Shown piece by piece: positions 28,049 to 37,683 of a stretch of DNA of 41,397 bases (position 1 is the first letter of the stretch; each line of letters begins with the position of its first letter). Under the pieces are notes generated by a model. It saw nothing but the letters and a program-made list of their open reading frames with translations. It ran no database searches and had not been told where the DNA came from. The stretch comes from a virus (lineage: Duplodnaviria > Caudoviricetes), in IMG/VR virus record IMGVR_UViG_3300020045_003743, positions 1 to 41,397 of that record. The stretch is one strand, 5' to 3'. The translations under genes were made by a program, and so were the position numbers.

Positions 28049-28244
28049 TTTGTTTGCGGTTTGTTATCGGTTAGGACAAAAAAAATCGGGAGAACCTTTA
28101 TTTATTAGGGTTTCCCGATTCAAGCGGAGAAAGAGGGAAACGGGGGAGCGTATATTTTAAAAATTTACCCCAGTGTTTATAGGGGTTCACGTTTTCTAAA
28201 TTGCCGTTTTTAAGTCGATTTTGTTAACGGTTTGTTTGCGGTTT
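28049..28244 (-). mobile_element. attP: core resembling a tRNA-Ser 3' end, flanked by arm-type repeats
   Basis: 28124-28138 reverse-complements to TCCCTCTTTCTCCGC; TGTTWNCGGTT tandem pairs at 28051/28062 and 28222/28233. Confidence 0.75.
28078..28120 (-). terminator. Terminator downstream of the tRNA 3' end restored on integration
   Basis: AATCGGGA...TCCCGATT stem with an A run on the plus strand. Confidence 0.7.
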
Positions 28245-28534
28245 TTATGTGGTTTTATAAACAGGTTTTCTTCTGTACCTATAATCCAATTGGCGTTAAT
28301 TGAATAGAATAGACAAACGTTTGCAACGTGGTTAATGGTAAAATGATTGCGCCCCATCTTTATATTATAAAGGTTTTGTTCTGGAAGTCCACAAGCATAA
28401 GCAAATTCTCTCTTATACTTTAACATACCTTTTGATTTGAGAATATCAAACAAGGTAAACATAGTCCTGTCAAGTGCATCAATCTCTTTCATAATGTTAA
28501 ATTTTAGTAAAATGTGGTTTCCCGTAAAAAGCAA
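28196..28534 (-). CDS. XRE/HTH-type regulator (likely start at 28492)
   Basis: REFAYACGLPEQNLYNIKMGR helix-turn-helix; INANWIIG. Confidence 0.75.
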   Translation of the reverse strand: MLFTGNHILLKFNIMKEIDALDRTMFTLFDILKSKGMLKYKREFAYACGLPEQNLYNIKMGRNHFTINHVANVCLFYSINANWIIGTEENLFIKPHKNRKQTVNKIDLKTAI

Positions 28535-28643
28535 TAATTTATTATTAATAAATTTGAGTTATAAATTAATCAATACCCCAAATACTCAATGATTCTATTA
28601 TTTTACAAACACCTACTTATCAATTACGGATTAAAACTAATTA

Positions 28644-28985
28644 TTATTTGTTTAAAGTCTTTAAAAGCTCTCTTACTGTTTCTTTCAAAAATTCATTTTC
28701 ATTAATTAAAAAAGCAACCCTTTCTTGTGTAAACCCTTCGCTATTTTGTTGAGGGTTTTTTGTTTCCGGTTTAAATTCAAAATTACTCGTATCGATGTTA
28801 AACGCTTCTTCAAACTTCTTTATAAAATTAGACGATACCGATTTCTTATTATTAAGATACGATGAGATATTACCCTTATCCATATTCATTTTCTCGGCTA
28901 TTTCCACAACGGGAAACTCTAACCGTAAATAATTTACAGCCTTAATAAGTTTTTCGTTGTTTGTATTGCGTTTAATTTCAGTCAT
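28644..28985 (-). CDS. CI-like repressor (XRE HTH)
   Basis: EIAEKMNMDKGNISSYLNNKK; divergent from the Cro-like gene. Confidence 0.8.
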   Translation of the reverse strand: MTEIKRNTNNEKLIKAVNYLRLEFPVVEIAEKMNMDKGNISSYLNNKKSVSSNFIKKFEEAFNIDTSNFEFKPETKNPQQNSEGFTQERVAFLINENEFLKETVRELLKTLNK

Positions 28986-29016
28986 TTGTGATTAATATGT
29001 AAAATAGTTGTATTTA

Positions 29017-29058
29017 TATTTGTGGTTTTCGATTAGTTGTAATATATTTGCTATATCA
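29017..29058 (+). promoter_or_regulatory. Early rightward promoter (TTTG-N20-TATATTTG), copy 1
   Basis: Bacteroidota -33/-7 consensus; 34/42 identical to 29861-29902. Confidence 0.75.
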
Positions 29059-29105
29059 TTTCGATATATCAAAATTAAAACAATTTAATCTAATAAAAAA
29101 AATTT

Positions 29106-29318
29106 ATGAAAGTAAAACAGCAAATTTTTAACACTTTACGTAAAAAATACAGTTTACGAAAGATAATTTCTGACAGTTTAAATGTTAAAGAAATAAATGT
29201 TTACCTCTGGGCTTACAGAAAACAGCATAATAAAGTAGGTGATTCCTTAGTAACTGAAATTTTAAAACGTGAATTACAAATAACTGATTCCGAAATCTTT
29301 GAGCCTTTAAACTCTTAA
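29106..29318 (+). CDS. Cro-like protein
   Basis: 70-aa basic HTH-like ORF (ISDSLNVKEINVYLW), divergent from the repressor. Confidence 0.6.
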   Translation: MKVKQQIFNTLRKKYSLRKIISDSLNVKEINVYLWAYRKQHNKVGDSLVTEILKRELQITDSEIFEPLNS

Positions 29319-29442
29319 TTATGACCTATCAACAAAAAAGAGAATTAGACCGAACTTATAGAATGGGCGGTTACGTTTTAACAGTTTGCGGCTTTATGGC
29401 AATTGTGGTTGTAACAATATTAATATTTAAATAAAAATAAAA

Positions 29443-29667
29443 ATGGAAAAATTACAAATTACATATTCAGAATTAGCTTTTATAATGCAAGAAGAAGTTG
29501 GTTTTTGCAAAGACATTTTCTTAAAAATAAAAGAAGAAGATAAGGTAAAAGCCATTTTTTATAAAATATGCTTGGCGGAACAAATAAAACACGCTGAACA
29601 ATGTTTAAACGCCTCTTTTAAGTTTTTATATCCAAAAGGTTTGAATCCTAAAAAAGCAATATCGTGA
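29443..29667 (+). CDS. Hypothetical early protein
   Basis: ORF with A-rich start context. Confidence 0.55.
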   Translation: MEKLQITYSELAFIMQEEVGFCKDIFLKIKEEDKVKAIFYKICLAEQIKHAEQCLNASFKFLYPKGLNPKKAIS

Positions 29668-29860
29668 CCGACACTCAAAAACTCGAAGCAATGCGGTTAT
29701 TATTAGGAGATAATAACAATGTTTTAATCCTAGATCAACCCAAACGCAAAGAAACACGAAAAGAAACGTACAACAGACTTTATAAACAAGTCAATGAATA
29801 CGAAGCCTTACGGACTATTAAAAAAAATTTGCGTTAATGGTTGTAAAAAATGTGTATTTT

Positions 29861-29902
29861 TATTTGCGGTTGTCAATAAGTTGTATTACTTTTGATATAT
29901 CA
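29861..29902 (+). promoter_or_regulatory. Early rightward promoter, copy 2 (TTTG-N20-TACTTTTG)
   Basis: Near-duplicate of 29017-29058. Confidence 0.75.
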
Positions 29903-29933
29903 AATAAGATAAACCAACTAAAAAATAGAAATT

Positions 29934-30191
29934 ATGACAAGATTAAAAACTTTACAAAATCGTTACGACAGATTACTTGAAGCGAATAATACACATCATT
30001 TCACGCAGTCTGGTAACGTTAGGATTGACAAATACTATGCTTGTTTACTTTATATCAAACGTCAAATTTCAAACGAGCAAATGAAAGTTATTACAGTTAA
30101 CAACAATCTTAAATCTAAAGTTCGTCAAGGGTTTTTAAATCCTCAAAACGGATTTACAATGTCAGATTTAAGGCTTTTAACACAGCCGTAA
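29934..30191 (+). CDS. Hypothetical early protein
   Basis: First ORF after the promoter. Confidence 0.6.
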   Translation: MTRLKTLQNRYDRLLEANNTHHFTQSGNVRIDKYYACLLYIKRQISNEQMKVITVNNNLKSKVRQGFLNPQNGFTMSDLRLLTQP

Positions 30192-30330
30192 TGAGAGCCT
30201 TTTTATATGTGGTATCAAACTACCCAATTAAAAAAATAACGGTCTTAACACCGTATGAAAGCAGAAACCAAATTAACAAAGATTCCTTTATGATAGGAAT
30301 GTGGAAAATTAAACAACTAAAAAAATAATT

Positions 30331-30552
30331 ATGAAAACAGCAGTAAGACAATTAATTGAAAAGTTAGAAAGCGAATTTAGTAACTCATCAATTAAAACCA
30401 TCATAAGCCTGATAAAGAGTTATGAATCCGTGCAAGATGAGTATATCAAAACAGCTTATTTACACGGAAAAATAAACGGGAGAATTTCCGCATTAGGAAA
30501 TATAACAAGTATAGGAAGTGACGAGTATTTTGATGAAAATTGGAACAATTAA
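30331..30552 (+). CDS. Hypothetical protein
   Basis: ORF with AAAAAATAATTATG start context. Confidence 0.6.
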   Translation: MKTAVRQLIEKLESEFSNSSIKTIISLIKSYESVQDEYIKTAYLHGKINGRISALGNITSIGSDEYFDENWNN

Positions 30553-30655
30553 TTATGAGTAACTGGATTTACACAACGCAAAAAGAACAACGAGCCGAAG
30601 CACTTAAAGCATTGGCAAAAGCAAAAGAATTAGACAACCTTAAAAAACTAAAGAA

Positions 30656-30889
30656 ATGAAAAACACACTTACAAAATTAATGCAGGATTTGACTTTCAAC
30701 AGATTGTTAATTAACGCGGGAATCGAACCAGCACCACTTTTCGACATTGACGTAGTCGATGCTGAAATAGTAACTAATGAAGAAGCTAATTTTAGATTAT
30801 GGTTTTTCAATTTAGGAGGAAACAAAAATTTTACAGACGAACAAATAACAATAGGTTATCAAAATCACTTAAACAAATGGAAGCAATAA
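30656..30889 (+). CDS. Hypothetical protein
   Basis: ORF in the early operon. Confidence 0.55.
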   Translation: MKNTLTKLMQDLTFNRLLINAGIEPAPLFDIDVVDAEIVTNEEANFRLWFFNLGGNKNFTDEQITIGYQNHLNKWKQ

Positions 30890-30999
30890 AAAGGAATTTC
30901 GGATTAGCAGTTTTAATAACATTTTTCGCCTCGTTATTAATACTTGTCATTATGTATGGCGATATGAAAGGATAAATTAACTAATTAAATAAATCGATT

Positions 31000-31611
31000 A
31001 TGAAAACAATTTATCAAAAATTACTAACCATTCAACAGCGAGTTAATGGATTAGGAAAAGACAAAAGCACATACAATTATAAGTATGTGACGGGTGATAA
31101 GCTTCTAGGAGAGGTTAAGCCAATGATGAACGAATTAGGATTGCTTTTAAAACAAGAAGTTTTAAGCATAGAAAATACCCGACAAGATTACGTTACTAAA
31201 TCAGGTTCTAAATCTGAAATCCTATCTAAAGTAATGATGAAATTCACTTGGATAGACACAGAAAGCGGAGAAAAAGACGAAAATCTTTTCGGGGCAAACG
31301 GTCAAAACGATTGGGAAAAAGGTTTGGGTAGTGCCTTGACTTATGCAGAAAGATACTTCTTATTAAAGTATTTCCATATCGCAACCGATGAGGATGATAT
31401 TGACAACGACCAACGCAAAACAACGGCTGCAATCCCGGTTAAAGTTGAGCCTACAATTGACACGCAAAGACTTGAAACAAGATTACAAGCCACTATTACA
31501 GTTGAAGAATTAGGAACGGTTTATAAATCGTTTTCTAAAGCAGAACAAGAAGCTACTAAGGCTATTGCTACAAGATTAAAAAATGAATTAACCTTATTAA
31601 AATCAGCGTAA
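31000..31611 (+). CDS. ERF-family single-strand annealing protein
   Basis: YNYKY...VKP...GLLL.Q and KGLGSALTYAERYFL motifs. Confidence 0.85.
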   Translation: MKTIYQKLLTIQQRVNGLGKDKSTYNYKYVTGDKLLGEVKPMMNELGLLLKQEVLSIENTRQDYVTKSGSKSEILSKVMMKFTWIDTESGEKDENLFGANGQNDWEKGLGSALTYAERYFLLKYFHIATDEDDIDNDQRKTTAAIPVKVEPTIDTQRLETRLQATITVEELGTVYKSFSKAEQEATKAIATRLKNELTLLKSA

Positions 31612-31796
31612 TGGATTGCTTAAAAATTGGAAACGTAACAGTTGAGGGAATAGATTACAACGACCACCCAGACTATGTAGATGCCTTTATTTCTTATGCG
31701 GAATATGATGGCGAGATTATGACGGATTATCAGTTAAACGAACTGAATGAAGATAGCGATTTTATTTACGAATGTGTAATGGAAAAAATATTTTAA
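31611..31796 (+). CDS. Hypothetical acidic protein
   Basis: TAATG-coupled ORF (DHPDYVDAFI). Confidence 0.6.
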   Translation: MDCLKIGNVTVEGIDYNDHPDYVDAFISYAEYDGEIMTDYQLNELNEDSDFIYECVMEKIF

Positions 31797-31797
31797 G

Positions 31798-32034
31798 ATG
31801 GGAGCAACCGGAGAAATGTTTTTAAGGATGCGGGAAGCAGACTATAACGAACTATCAGAGCAACAAAGAAGCGTTTTTACATACGCTGAAAAGTTTGAGG
31901 TAAACGAATACGAACTACATAAAGATGATGCTTATTACATCGCTCTTTACAAGGCTAAGAGATTAGCAACGGATAAATTAAAAGCGTATTTATTCGATAA
32001 ACGACACGAAACAATTAAACAATTAAATAAATAA
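31798..32034 (+). CDS. Hypothetical protein
   Basis: Tightly packed ORF. Confidence 0.6.
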   Translation: MGATGEMFLRMREADYNELSEQQRSVFTYAEKFEVNEYELHKDDAYYIALYKAKRLATDKLKAYLFDKRHETIKQLNK

Positions 32035-32044
32035 AAACAGAATT

Positions 32045-32404
32045 ATGGAAGTAGTAGGAAAAATTAAAGTATTGAAAGCAACACAAGTTGTTAGCGACAA
32101 ATTTCAAAAACGTGAGTTAGTAGTCGTAACAGACGAACAATATCCTCAATCGATTTTAATCGAGTTTGCGCAAGATAAATGCTCAATCCTTGACAGGTAT
32201 TCAGTCGGTCAAGATGTAACGGTAGGAATCAATTTAAGAGGCCTGGAATGGGTTAATCCACAAGGAGAAACTAAATACTTCAATCAAATACAAGGTTGGA
32301 ATATTAAAGCAACGGATGCTACTAAACAATCGCCAGAGCCAAACACTCAAAATTTTGAAACCGTAACGGTATTGAATGAAGAACCGGATGACCTGCCATT
32401 TTGA
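32045..32404 (+). CDS. DUF3127-family ssDNA-binding-like protein
   Basis: FQKRELVV...QYPQ.I..EF.QDK...W.I motif; acidic DDLPF tail. Confidence 0.85.
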   Translation: MEVVGKIKVLKATQVVSDKFQKRELVVVTDEQYPQSILIEFAQDKCSILDRYSVGQDVTVGINLRGLEWVNPQGETKYFNQIQGWNIKATDATKQSPEPNTQNFETVTVLNEEPDDLPF

Positions 32405-32487
32405 GAGAAACCCGGATTAAAATTATTAGTAAAACAGTTCGATTTAATAACACCCCTTTAATTAGGGGTTTTTAAAACACTAAAATT

Positions 32488-32700
32488 ATGAGTAAAGAGA
32501 TTAAAAAAGGAGATTTATTTGTTTGTATAAAAACAGTAAAAATGAATGAATTAAATAAACCAATTAGATACAGAAAAGGGTTTGTTTATAAGTCAGAAGA
32601 AAAAGAATGTATTACAAATGATAATCACGAAACCGACCATAGCTGGACTAAATATGGAAAAGATACTAAAAAATATTTCTTAAGAATTAAAACTAACTAA
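32488..32700 (+). CDS. Hypothetical protein
   Basis: ORF with A-rich start context. Confidence 0.55.
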   Translation: MSKEIKKGDLFVCIKTVKMNELNKPIRYRKGFVYKSEEKECITNDNHETDHSWTKYGKDTKKYFLRIKTN

Positions 32701-33135
32701 ATGAAAAAATTTGAGTCAATCACATCGGTATCAAACGGTAAGTTTACACGCAATAGAACAATCATTTTACAAGCCATTAAATCCTTTGAGAATTCCGATG
32801 TGGTACTCACTTTAGAAAAGCCAAAAAAGAAGCGTAGCAACAACCAAAATCGTTTTTATTGGGGTGTATTAATCCCTTTAATGCAGTCAGGAGCTAAAGA
32901 CTTATGGGGCGAAGTTTGGAGCATAGACAAAGCGCATAAACACCTATCAAATAAATTCGTATTCCACGAAAGCATAAACGAAAAAACGGGCGAAATAAGT
33001 AACACGCCAAAGAGTACAACTGAATTAACAACTACAGGCTGGGAGGTTTATATGACCGAAATCAGGATTTACTTATTAGAAGATTTTGATATAAATGCAC
33101 CGTCTCCAAATGAGGAAATTAGATTAGAAATTTAA
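32701..33135 (+). CDS. NinB-like protein
   Basis: KRSNNQNRFYWG and STTELTT motifs. Confidence 0.65.
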   Translation: MKKFESITSVSNGKFTRNRTIILQAIKSFENSDVVLTLEKPKKKRSNNQNRFYWGVLIPLMQSGAKDLWGEVWSIDKAHKHLSNKFVFHESINEKTGEISNTPKSTTELTTTGWEVYMTEIRIYLLEDFDINAPSPNEEIRLEI

Positions 33136-33180
33136 CATAAAAACTAATATTATAACGTAACTTTTTTGTATCTTTACAGG

Positions 33181-33268
33181 GTTAATAATTGCGCTATTAA
33201 CATCAAAGAAATTAATTTAATCTAAATGTTAGTAGGTGCGCAATACCGAAAGCATTTAGATTTTTTTT
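33181..33268 (+). ncRNA. Kissing-loop terminator leader A
   Basis: Hairpin loop ATTGCGC is complementary to terminator loop GCGCAAT. Confidence 0.6.
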
Positions 33269-33271
33269 GTT

Positions 33272-33823
33272 ATGGAAATTTGGAAAGACATTGTAGGTTA
33301 TGAGGGTTTGTATCAGGTAAGTAGTTTAGGCAGGGTTAAAAGTCTATTAAAAAGTGTTAGATATGAACACTGTAAAACAAAAGAAGAACACTTTAAGATT
33401 AATAAGGAAATTATTAAAAAGCCATCAACTTGTAAAGGATATACGTCAATATCATTAAGTAAAGATAATAAAACATCGACTAAAAGGATGTGTAGATTGG
33501 TTGCTATTGCATTTATTCCTAATCCAGAAAATAAACCACAAGTAAACCATATTGACGGAAATAAAGAAAATGACAATGTAGAAAATTTAGAATGGAATAC
33601 ATGTGGTGAGAATGTTAATCACGCAATTAAAAATAAATTAATAGTGCATAAAAAAGGATCTGATTGGTATAAGAGCAGAAAAGTTAAATGTTTGATAAGT
33701 GGAAACATATTTGATACAATTAATGATTTTGCTAAATATAAAAATATAGACGCTTCAAATATATCAAGGGCTCTTAGTGGTAGATATAGAAATAATCATA
33801 ATGTAGAATATTACAATTTATGA
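33272..33823 (+). CDS. NUMOD4-HNH homing endonuclease
   Basis: EIWKDIVGYEGLYQVSSLGRVKS; RLVAIAFIPNPENKPQVNHIDGNKENDNVENLEW. Confidence 0.92.
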   Translation: MEIWKDIVGYEGLYQVSSLGRVKSLLKSVRYEHCKTKEEHFKINKEIIKKPSTCKGYTSISLSKDNKTSTKRMCRLVAIAFIPNPENKPQVNHIDGNKENDNVENLEWNTCGENVNHAIKNKLIVHKKGSDWYKSRKVKCLISGNIFDTINDFAKYKNIDASNISRALSGRYRNNHNVEYYNL

Positions 33824-34419
33824 TACAAATAAAACCAAAACCCTGCAACGGAACAGGAAAAGCATTTGGATTTGATGGATGTAAAACTATAACACTAAAA
33901 AGAACAAACGGACTTTGTGATAGTTGTTTATATGACTTTTATATTAATGACGAAAGAGGAAAAATTATATTTCAAAAGAGGAAAATAGAAATTAGAAACA
34001 AAAACAACAAAATAGAAAAAGCAGTTTTAAAAGACAAATTAAAAACTTTAGGACAATATGAGGCAGAAGCAAAGAAATCGTTTCAAAAGTGGGTACGATT
34101 GCGTGACGAGGGTTTAAATTGTATTTCCTGCAATGGTAATGATAAAGACCTTTGGGATGGAGGGCATTTTAAAAAAGCTGAAATCTATTCTGGTGTAATT
34201 TTTAACCCTGATAACTGCCATAAACAATGCCGGAAATGCAATAGATTTTTAAACGGTAACGAGTTAATGTATCGTTTAGGATTAATTGAAAGATACGGAA
34301 TTGAATACACAGAAAATATTGAACGGTTAGCAAATGAAACCCGACAATACAAATACACAAAAGCGGAATTAATCGCTAAAAAACTACAATACGATATTTT
34401 AATAAAAGAAATGAAATGA
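33820..34419 (+). CDS. NinG/Rap-like endonuclease
   Basis: FQKWVRLRD...CISC...DGGHF...NCHKQCRKCN. Confidence 0.88.
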   Translation: MIQIKPKPCNGTGKAFGFDGCKTITLKRTNGLCDSCLYDFYINDERGKIIFQKRKIEIRNKNNKIEKAVLKDKLKTLGQYEAEAKKSFQKWVRLRDEGLNCISCNGNDKDLWDGGHFKKAEIYSGVIFNPDNCHKQCRKCNRFLNGNELMYRLGLIERYGIEYTENIERLANETRQYKYTKAELIAKKLQYDILIKEMK

Positions 34420-34769
34420 CAGTCAGAGAAATAGCAAAAAACAATCAATTAACAATTATGCAAGTCAGGGCAAGGATTTATAGAATGGATTTAAAACGGA
34501 TAAACAACGACAAAAAAGATGCTCGCTTTAGTGAAATTGATATAGAAAAGATATTAACTTTTAAAGGCAGGAGATTTGTAAGGGGTTGTTATACTTCTAA
34601 AGTTTCTGAACGTAAAAAGATAATGATAATTGAGTATTATTTAAAATATCCCAGACTATCACTTCAACAATTTTCAGATATTTTATTAACCGATAAATAC
34701 ACAATTCAATCAATTATAGTTGATTGGAGGCAAAACGATAAATTTTTAATAATACAATCAAAACTATAA
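34416..34769 (+). CDS. Putative HTH DNA-binding protein
   Basis: MTVREIAK...; basic composition. Confidence 0.5.
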   Translation: MTVREIAKNNQLTIMQVRARIYRMDLKRINNDKKDARFSEIDIEKILTFKGRRFVRGCYTSKVSERKKIMIIEYYLKYPRLSLQQFSDILLTDKYTIQSIIVDWRQNDKFLIIQSKL

Positions 34770-34951
34770 TGACAACCAAAACCAAAACAGATCCAGCAGC
34801 TAAACTATTATTATGCTATCAATGGAGGAATAGGCTTTATAAAAAAGGAGGCAACGACGAACGTTTAAACGATAAAATAAGGCGGTTACAGTTTGAAACC
34901 AACTATAAAATCATAGATGTTTTAGGCAAAGAAAAAATAACTGAAAAATAA
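34769..34951 (+). CDS. Hypothetical protein
   Basis: TAATG-coupled ORF. Confidence 0.5.
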   Translation: MTTKTKTDPAAKLLLCYQWRNRLYKKGGNDERLNDKIRRLQFETNYKIIDVLGKEKITEK

Positions 34952-34997
34952 TTGAAAAAAGTAACGCTTATAACGTAACAATTTATTATATTTGTAT

Positions 34998-35090
34998 TTG
35001 TAATGTTTGGTAGAGAACTCATTGCAATTAAAGACATTTTTTTAAGCTCTATGGTGCGGAACTCTACTTCCAATCCATAGAGCATTTTTT
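34998..35090 (+). ncRNA. Kissing-loop terminator leader B
   Basis: Loop GTAGAG is complementary to terminator loop CTCTAC; follows TATATTTG at 34987-34994. Confidence 0.6.
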
Positions 35091-35110
35091 ATTACCCAAA
35101 TCTAAATTTT

Positions 35111-35695
35111 ATGGCAGTAGGTAAAAAATCATTTGTAGCTTATGCAGATTGGAAAAACACATTTGACGAGTTGCCAAATGAAGAAGCAGGAGCATTAATA
35201 AAACACATTTTCGCATACGTAAACGATGAAAACCCGGAGAGTGATAGTGTTCTAATAAGAGCAATATTTGCTAACATAAAAGCCACTTTAAAACGTGATT
35301 TAGATAAGTGGGAAAATCAATTACAACAAAGAAGTGAGGCAGGAAAGAAAAGCGCAGAAATACGAGCGTTAAACAAAATCAACGAGCGTTCAACGGTCGT
35401 TGACGAATACGTACGAAATTCAACTGATAGTGTAAGTGTTAGTGTAAGTGATAGTATAATAACATCAACACAGATAATAAAATTTGATGATGCTGTTAAA
35501 ATTTGTCTTTTTGATGATGAATATTCTAAAGATATAGAAAGAGCTTATAAAATACCAAGAGATAAAGTTAGATATGCTTTAACAGACTTTCAAAACCATT
35601 GTAAAACAACGGGAGATAATCAAGATAAAACACTAAACCAATTTAAAAAACATTTTACAAATTGGGTACGAGTTAAAAAAACAATGACAACGTGA
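35111..35695 (+). CDS. Replication initiator-like protein (DUF6291-type N-terminus)
   Basis: KKSFVAY.DW...L..EEAG.LIK.IF.Y...RSEAGKKS, SVSVSVS linker, HFTNW C-terminus. Confidence 0.75.
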   Translation: MAVGKKSFVAYADWKNTFDELPNEEAGALIKHIFAYVNDENPESDSVLIRAIFANIKATLKRDLDKWENQLQQRSEAGKKSAEIRALNKINERSTVVDEYVRNSTDSVSVSVSDSIITSTQIIKFDDAVKICLFDDEYSKDIERAYKIPRDKVRYALTDFQNHCKTTGDNQDKTLNQFKKHFTNWVRVKKTMTT

Positions 35696-36189
35696 GCTGG
35701 TCAACCGATAACGCAGTAAAAAGGATTTTTAACTCTTTTAAACGATTAAAAAATCAAATCTTTGAGCAAGATATAGAAGCATTGAAATTATTGAATGATG
35801 AGTTAATAAACAACCAAAAAAACTATGTTAATGATAATATTCTATTTGCTAAATTATTAAGCCACGTTTTAAGAAACGAATTAAAAAATCAAGGTAGTAT
35901 GAAAATGGCAATTAAAAACATTGATAGTATTTTAAAAGTTCCCATTACACATCATACCGAGTTTTTAAGAATGGAATTAAATAACAAAGATTTTTTAGAA
36001 TATGTAGAAAGTTTAGGAATTGAAACCGATCACTTAAACCACAAAGAAAATAATAATGATTTAATTTTAAATGACAATCAAAAAGAGGTTAAAGATAAAT
36101 TGTTAAACTTCTGGAACTACGACAAAGTAGAAAAATCATTTTATAACAGCGCAAACGAATTTTTAAAAGATATTAATAACTATAACTAA
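35692..36189 (+). CDS. Hypothetical replication-region protein
   Basis: GTGA overlap with the initiator gene. Confidence 0.6.
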   Translation: MSWSTDNAVKRIFNSFKRLKNQIFEQDIEALKLLNDELINNQKNYVNDNILFAKLLSHVLRNELKNQGSMKMAIKNIDSILKVPITHHTEFLRMELNNKDFLEYVESLGIETDHLNHKENNNDLILNDNQKEVKDKLLNFWNYDKVEKSFYNSANEFLKDINNYN

Positions 36190-36195
36190 AATATT

Positions 36196-36555
36196 ATGAT
36201 AAAAGTAAATGAATTAAGATTAGGAAATTTAACAAGCGCAGGAGTTGTAAATGAAATACTCCAAGACTGTTTTTATGTTCACGATGGAGAAAGTAGTTTA
36301 AAAAACACTTGGTTTAATATACAGCCTCTTCCAATATCTAAAGAGTGGCTGTTGAAGTTTGGATTTTTTGAAAATATAAATCATAATCCATCTTGGCAAT
36401 TAGATGTAAAATTAGGTTTTTCTATTTGGGGTAGAATCGGAAAAGGATTTAATGTTTTTGTAGATTCAGACGAAATAGGTAATCCAATAAAATACGTTCA
36501 TCAATTACAAAACCTATATTTTTCATTAACAGGCGAAGAATTAACAACTAACTAA
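36196..36555 (+). CDS. Hypothetical protein, paralog of 16287-16697
   Basis: NELRLGN, EWLLKFGF and YVHQLQNLYFSLTGEEL blocks. Confidence 0.75.
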   Translation: MIKVNELRLGNLTSAGVVNEILQDCFYVHDGESSLKNTWFNIQPLPISKEWLLKFGFFENINHNPSWQLDVKLGFSIWGRIGKGFNVFVDSDEIGNPIKYVHQLQNLYFSLTGEELTTN

Positions 36556-37416
36556 ATGGATTTAGATTTCTCATTACTCGACAAAACAACACAATCCGAA
36601 ACGGTTTTAGATTTTAAAGCAATACACGAAAAAGCATTAATCGATTTAGATGTAGTTTATGATAGACCGCCTTTGGTTATTTCAATAGGCAGGGATGATA
36701 AAGCATACAATGGTGTAAATTATCCTTTACGTTTCGGAACGGCTGGAAATATATCAATGATTAAAGGCGAAGAAAAAGCAAGGAAATCATTTTTAAAATC
36801 TTTAATATTAGGATGCTCGTTTGGAGGAAACTCAAATCTATACACAAATTCAATTGACATACTAGGACACGATTTAAAAGATAAATGGATAGTAGACATA
36901 GATACTGAACAAGACGATTACGATAGTTGGTTAAACGCTATTAGGATTCCAAAATTAGTAGGTATTAAACCCGATAATTATATGGCAATTAAATTACGTG
37001 ATAAAACACCAAACGAACGATTGCAATATGTTGAATGGTTGTTTATGGAAAGCGAGTTTAAGGATAAATTAGGTCTTGTTTCTATTGACGGCTATGTTGA
37101 TTTAATCAATGACTTTAACAATCAATTAGAATCATCTGAATTAACGCAAAAATTAATGAAATGGTCAAGTATTTCAAAAGCGCACATTACAGGGGTTCTC
37201 CACTTAAACCCAAACAGTGATAAAGCGAGAGGGCATTTAGGCACGATCTTACAACAGAAATGTGAAACCGTTGTAATTATAGCAGACAAAGGAGATTATA
37301 GCTTAGTGACTTGCCAACGTGGACGGGGCAAGAAGTTTAGGGAGTTTTGCATATCGGTTAACAATGAATGGCTGCCAGAAATAATAGACAATCCAGATGG
37401 CGAAAGCTGGGTTTAA
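36556..37416 (+). CDS. P-loop ATPase/RecA-like replicative helicase candidate
   Basis: GEEKARKS Walker A variant, IDTEQ, VSIDG, VLHLN and RGHLG motifs. Confidence 0.75.
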   Translation: MDLDFSLLDKTTQSETVLDFKAIHEKALIDLDVVYDRPPLVISIGRDDKAYNGVNYPLRFGTAGNISMIKGEEKARKSFLKSLILGCSFGGNSNLYTNSIDILGHDLKDKWIVDIDTEQDDYDSWLNAIRIPKLVGIKPDNYMAIKLRDKTPNERLQYVEWLFMESEFKDKLGLVSIDGYVDLINDFNNQLESSELTQKLMKWSSISKAHITGVLHLNPNSDKARGHLGTILQQKCETVVIIADKGDYSLVTCQRGRGKKFREFCISVNNEWLPEIIDNPDGESWV

Positions 37417-37443
37417 TAATTTAACAAACTAAAAAACAATATT

Positions 37444-37683
37444 ATGACACATAAATTAAAGATTAAACGAGAATACGCAATAGAATATTATGCAGGAAAT
37501 AAGCCTTGGGAATTACGAAAAAACGATAGGTATTTTAAAGTAGGTGATACGATAAATTTCACAATCATTGAAACGGGGTGTAAATACAGTAGGGATATAA
37601 TCTATATTTTTGAGGGTGGACAATACGGACTTGAAAAGGGATTTTGTATTTTAACTATGTCAGGATATAATTATTATTTATAG
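37444..37683 (+). CDS. ASCH/DUF3850-domain protein
   Basis: HKLKI...GNKPWELRKNDRYFKVGD. Confidence 0.8.
   Translation: MTHKLKIKREYAIEYYAGNKPWELRKNDRYFKVGDTINFTIIETGCKYSRDIIYIFEGGQYGLEKGFCILTMSGYNYYL

Noticed and set aside
27762-28160. Plus-strand 132-aa ORF
   Set aside because: It is antisense to int and runs across attP.
35426-35459. AGTGTW hexamer repeats as replication iterons
   Set aside because: They are explained by the SVSVSVS low-complexity linker; an origin here is possible but unsupported.
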